A stretch of DNA of 54,661 nt, counting the filler, from Dimargaris cristalligena (lineage: Eukaryota), in assembly GCA_003614675.1 (NCBI GenBank). It is 3 parts of 3 records of this genome, joined end to end, with 100 filler letters (N's around TTAATTAATTAA, not from the genome) between each part and the next. Parts side by side here need not be neighbours in the genome. Positions count along the whole stretch, not along the records: positions 36,540 to 54,661 come from ML002776.1; 2 more parts are not named here. One strand, 5' to 3'. Positions 49,745 through 54,661 of this stretch are shown one piece after another. Position numbers and translations under genes: made by a program. The notes beneath the pieces are model-generated. The model did no database searches, had not been told where the DNA came from, and saw nothing but the letters and a program-made list of their open reading frames with translations. Each line of letters opens with the position of its first letter. Position 1 is the stretch's first letter.

Positions 49745-52544
49745 AATAGAGTGGCGTCAGTGAAATACACAGAGGCGGTTGAACTGGTAGGAGTGATGCT
49801 AATCAATAGCTGGCGGGCTTAGTATATCAAAGAAATGGTAGGTTAAATTGAGGCGGAAAATGAAAGACTTGGAAAGGGATAAGGTTTTAGGGACTGGGGA
49901 AATAGAAAGAAGGCTGGTGGTTGGATAGTTTTAGATAAAAATATACATAACTAGGAACTGGTGTATATATCCAGGGGGGCAGAACCCCCCTTTATATAAC
50001 CCTTTTCATAATTTCGCGACAGGCGGATAAACCGACCAGCTGCAGTTGGAAATACATGTATTAGTATGGATGTACCGTATATTTGGCCAATAACAATATC
50101 CGCACCTTACTTAACCACCGCTATTGTATAGCTTTTATTGCTAATATTGGTCCTATTTGGTGTCACAGCGGCAGGCCATTAGCACCAGCTACGCTGTGCA
50201 GCCACGGGGTACAACGGTGAAGGTAGTAGATGGCGTTTGAACCAATTCTTGTACAACCGCCTTGGGCCAGCCATTCCCATTCGAGCCCTCAGCCTTGCAG
50301 TTTGACCCCGTCCGTATTCCCCCTCCAAACAAATATAGCGCTTTGTGGGAATAGCGTTGCACTCGAGAACTGGGCGAAACAGGCCCCAACTGTATAATAT
50401 TCTAATTGATATGGGTATAGCAATATAGACGAGAAATACATTTTTAGGCTGCTGAGTCCGCCTTGTTACGGGGTATATAAATGTAACGAGGTAGATATAT
50501 AGCAGTTTATTGTAAAAGAACGAGATGGCAGGAAAGGGCCTCCTGGAGCAAGGGGGAGGCGGGGGCAAATTCACCCTTCCTGCCGGTTGTTACACAAGAG
50601 CTGCTATTGGCCGGGTAGGCTGTTACAGCCTTATCCAAAAGAAGTTTCGTTAAATAGCCAGGTTAAACCCCCCTGTTTCACCTGCTCGTTTTGGGCTTTT
50701 CTTGGCGAGCATCATGGTTACTGGCAGAGGTCCGATTGGAAACATTAGTCGCATAGACACACCAATCTGCCCATCCGTCTTACTTGCTGTATACAACTGC
50801 CCTGGCAATAGTACATTCTTTAAACCAGCCAACCAGCCGGCCAACCGCTCTAGTGCGCCCTAGGGCCTGCTCAGATGTTGAGATAAAGTAAAGAACTGGT
50901 CTATTTCTACCACCTCGGTTGGCCTAATTAGCCGCCACATTACATATTTTGGTAGCACACATGTTTTTACCGAACCCTTACCTTTTGCTTGGCCATAACG
51001 GTGTTTAGGCGGTATGGCATGGTCCTAATTAAATGAAAACTAATATTAATCCTATTGATGATAATTCGCTGGAACACAGTCCGACTCACCCGCTCCCTAG
51101 CTGTCTAAATATGTTTAGCTAGGCGAGGATTCAAAGTTCATCGAGTGTCCTCAAATTTACGCATCTGCTCAATAATGCCATGTCTACAAAGATGAAACTG
51201 GATTTGGGCCGGAACTTGTGCGTGGCTAAAGGTGGTCTCGCTAAGGAACACATACCTATATATGCAGCATGATTGGGCAAATGGTGTAGGTAAATGGAGA
51301 GTGTAGAGCGTTCACTATATATAAGTGGTGATTTTAACTCTCTTGTATAACGAGAATTCGGTTATATAGGCCACCGGGAATTCGTTGTAATTGACTGGTC
51401 TTGTGGTTCGTTTAATCTATTACAACCGATGAAATGTTAACGGGAAAGGGACCATGGCCTCAGTTAAAGTACAGGTGTTAGAAAACCCGGGATAGTGACC
51501 ATTTTATGGATCACTGTTTGGGATCACCATTGGGCTACTATCCTGGCTTTTGCTGGATTGTTTCTACTTCATAGACCTTTGCCTTTCACATCCCGTATCT
51601 AAGGTATTTCCCATTGTTTTCAGACTACGGTTGCTGGCCATACTGCTCCGATTTTGTCTGTATAGTCTGTAATAATCTTTGCCTCCAGGTTCGGCAATTT
51701 TGGCCTAACGTCTTACAGCTGGCTGGCTCTGTCAAGTGAAAAATTCCAGACGATAGGAAATCGTAAACCGGTTCTTTCCCTATAATCTACACTGTAAGGT
51801 CCGTTGGCCCGTATTGATATCAGATGTATTATCCACCTCATGTTAGGCTGGCTACCATTCTACTCAAACTATACCAGGCTGTAGAGCTCGGGAAGTGCTC
51901 TTGTATAGGTGCATGTCATTAATTATTTCCCCGCAGAGTAAGTGTTCAGCCTGTGATGGTGTTTGTCATGTTAAATAATCAATAAGACGCGTTAATTCAA
52001 TCACCAAAGAAATCACTTTCCATTAACCATTTTCGCCTCCCTATTTGCAATTCATATTTTATTTTCATTATCCTGTCTTCACTGTTCGATACCTTAACTC
52101 TATCTACAATCAAACTCCTAAAGTATGTCCATATTAGTTCAACACCTATATTCCTGGTCTGTTTGGTCAAAGAATGCCATACCAATTCTTATCATTTGAT
52201 GGGCAGCTGGCTAGTCACCCTCAAACTTCCATTTACTAGATAACCCATTGTCAGATTGATGTCTGACACTATTGTTATTTGTAACCAGTCCCCTGTATCC
52301 TTATTTTGAGCTTCCTCTGGAGCTTTCTTTCTCTAGGTGTAAATATTATGGTATTTATTATGAGTTTACCCCTATATGAGAGGATGGATGTGGTAGTATT
52401 ATATGTCATAATAAGGTTTAGAATAATATTTTTATTCTAAAGGTACCATTCCATTTATATGATATCCTATACTGCAATTGTTAATTGGTCAATAATTATC
52501 TTAAATATTAGTGCCTTCTTTTATTATCTTAAATCTTAAATATT

Positions 52545-53128
52545 TGTTAGCCCTTCTAATCCACCTTAATCAGGACACCATGCTGTCTGCCCTTATTAGG
52601 CCTTATAGCCATATTATCCTTCCCATGGTCACCCTTAGTACTATGGGATCACCCTATATCATATAACCCTTCCCCTTCTGGACTCCAACTCTTCATACTA
52701 ATTACTCAGCATGCTGATCCAAGGGCTCTTCCAGTTACCACAAGAGTCTTCCAGATACTAGTAGCCATTTAGTTGGCCTATTTTCACTATATACCTTAGT
52801 TACCTATAGTCTTCCCTTGGGACCTCCCTCTGGAGTGGCCCCCATACATATATAACTGGGCCCCCTTAGGACTGGTTAGATTCCTTAGCTTATTCTTACC
52901 CCCCTAGTTTACTCTAATAAACTCTATATATACTCACCCCCTCATACTAACCTGTAAGTGTGCCTACTACATCTCCCTTACATAACCAATCACCTAAGCC
53001 TTTATTGGTTAGTACCATGCCCCATACTTGATACTAGTAGCCTACTTGGCTAAGTCTAAGCCCTGCCTACCATTAGAAGCCTATCCCCAGGACTCTTGAT
53101 GGACTAAGAGTGGTAAACTGGGGTAATA
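52545..53128 (+). mobile_element. Solo LTR, family A, copy 3 (584 bp) with 5-bp TSD ATATT
   Basis: ATATT at 52540-52544 and 53129-53133. Starts TGTTAG and ends GTAATA (CA mutated to TA relative to copy 2). Full-length homology to 55-641. Confidence 0.85.
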
Positions 53129-53163
53129 ATATTATAACAATTAGTTATTTAAAGTACATATTT

Positions 53164-53893
53164 TATCACACAGGTTAAATATTCTTTGTCTATCTAGAGT
53201 CCTGGAGATGGGCTTCCAATGGTAGTGGTGATATTGGCTAATCTGTGCAAACATTATTACTGTTAGAAAGGCAGCTCATACCTCTATCAAATTATATTCT
53301 TAGAGATTCTCCCACCATAGAGAGAATTATATCCCAACTCTTAATGCAGTCAATAGTCATACAATAAAACACATAGCAGAGTGTATTCCACACAACTCTT
53401 GCAGCTTTCTTTACATTCATTCACTTTGATACACTAAGGCTTTGCATCACAGTATATTCATTCATTCTAACAATTACCAGGTACAGGGTTAAGGGTGCTA
53501 ACTAGAAAAGTAATACTATAAGTATATAGGGGAATATACAATGATGTATACTTAATAGTTAGTATATGGGAGTAAGTATATATAGTATTTATTAGATAAA
53601 TGAGGGGTAAGAATAAGTTATTGTACTAATAAGTCCCAGCTGGGTCCCCTTATATATACATGAGGATGGCTTCTAGTATCCAGAAGGCTCTAGTAATAAT
53701 GGAAAGAGACTGTATATTACTGTGATATTAATTATAGGTAAAGGGCAGAGTCTATGGTCAGAAGGGATACTAGATAATAAAGGATGTTTCTATGGTACTA
53801 GGTGTAATTATGCAAAAGGTAATATAGTTTAATAAAGATTAATATAGATACCAGCTAACCTACCTTGACTAAGGTTAATTATTAGGAGTAATA
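53164..53893 (-). mobile_element. Solo LTR, family A, copy 4 (highly diverged), split by a family C insertion
   Basis: Blocks gagtcctggagatgggcttccaatggtag, gggggtaagaataag-like and ctagtatccagaag match the reverse complement of the other copies on both sides of 53261-53472. Confidence 0.7.
53261..53472. mobile_element. Solo LTR, family C (212 bp), nested in LTR-A copy 4
   Basis: Perfect 8-bp terminal inverted repeat TGTTAGAA...TTCTAACA and 5-bp TSD ATTAC (53256-53260, 53473-53477), the typical LTR-retrotransposon signature. Confidence 0.85.
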
Positions 53894-54039
53894 TTATACA
53901 ATATTAAATTAAAATACACAAAAACTTGTTTTCATAATAATATTAAATGGAAAACCCTTACACATACTGTAGATTGGTCAATAAAAGTTTTAAAAGTCCT
54001 CTAATCCTCCAAAGGATCTAAAAGCAAGAACTAAAATTA

Positions 54040-54122
54040 TGAGCAGAGTGGGATTCGAACCCACGCCTACAAAGTAGACTGCGACCTGAACGCAGCGCCT
54101 TAGACCGCTCGGCCATCTGCCC
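54040..54122 (-). tRNA. tRNA-Leu(CAG), identical to 36760-36842
   Basis: Exact reverse complement of the 83-nt gene at 36760. Confidence 0.96.
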
Positions 54123-54661
54123 CATATATTATTGTTGTGGCCGGACTAGCATGACTATAGTAACTCTATTAATTCCTACATTTAACTTTCTTCAGTCTCG
54201 GACCTTCCCTTCAAAAGAGGATGGACTGTACGAGCTTTTCAATTCTTTATATTCTACTGGAGTGGCAGACTTTCTGACCACATACCTCGGTGACACAGTG
54301 CTCTTTCTCATTAAGGAGCTATGTAGTTATAGTAGTAATAGTTGATATATATATAATCTAGCCGTTCCCCACAGGGTGAACGGCAATTCCTCTCCTAGCT
54401 TCAATTTTCTTATTTTCTTTAGCAATTATTTTAAACCAGGGTCCTACTGGAAACTACCTGCGACTATTTTCAATAAATCATCATTTATCTATATCTATAA
54501 CCCACTATTTTAACATATTTCCCGTTTTCGGACGCAATTGGCACAACATTATTGTTGTTGTTGTGATGGGTACTTAACACCCTTAAGCTTTGGTGATGTC
54601 ACCAATGGTGTACCTTATGATCATTAATCAAATTACCACCTTTTTACTATATTTAGTTTAG

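Noticed and set aside
50160-50580. Short GC-richer segment with overlapping ORFs
   Set aside because: No recognisable motif and no consistent splice model, so I cannot support a gene call.
1-54661. CRISPR arrays, rRNA/snRNA genes, telomeric repeats, autonomous TE ORFs (RT, integrase, transposase)
   Set aside because: None seen by eye. A covariance-model and TE-profile search would be needed to exclude diverged examples.

Overview
Eukaryotic, intron-rich fungal DNA. The gene set and style suggest an early-diverging, Zoopagomycota-like fungus, but that is an inference. The window is three separate contigs of about 18 kb (1-18203, 18304-36439, 36540-54661) joined by artificial 100-bp N44-TTAATTAATTAA-N44 spacers, so adjacency across the spacers means nothing. 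Contig 1 has a YTP1-like membrane protein (apparent +1 frameshift), a PTAR1-like protein, SmF, three tandem flavodoxin-like quinone reductases, tRNA-Glu(TTC) and a 7-exon dysbindin-like gene that the ORF track captures only as fragments. Contig 2 has ERV25/p24, a YPK1/Gad8 kinase, a stop-interrupted secreted-protein-like frame, an orphan ORF and nested LTR-like elements. Contig 3 has two identical tRNA-Leu(CAG) genes, a cytochrome P450, an F-box/LRR-like gene, a pseudogene with a signal peptide and F-box-like motif whose 5' UTR is split by a 741-bp TSD-flanked insertion, and a nest of solo LTRs. The two most notable signals are (i) repeat-confined, directional C-to-T erosion (CpG deserts plus CpA-to-TpA changes), a possible RIP-like or methylation-driven genome defence, and (ii) a candidate secreted F-box effector family. 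All exon models were built by eye from GT-AG sites and checked for phase. Nothing here is proven to be a new system.
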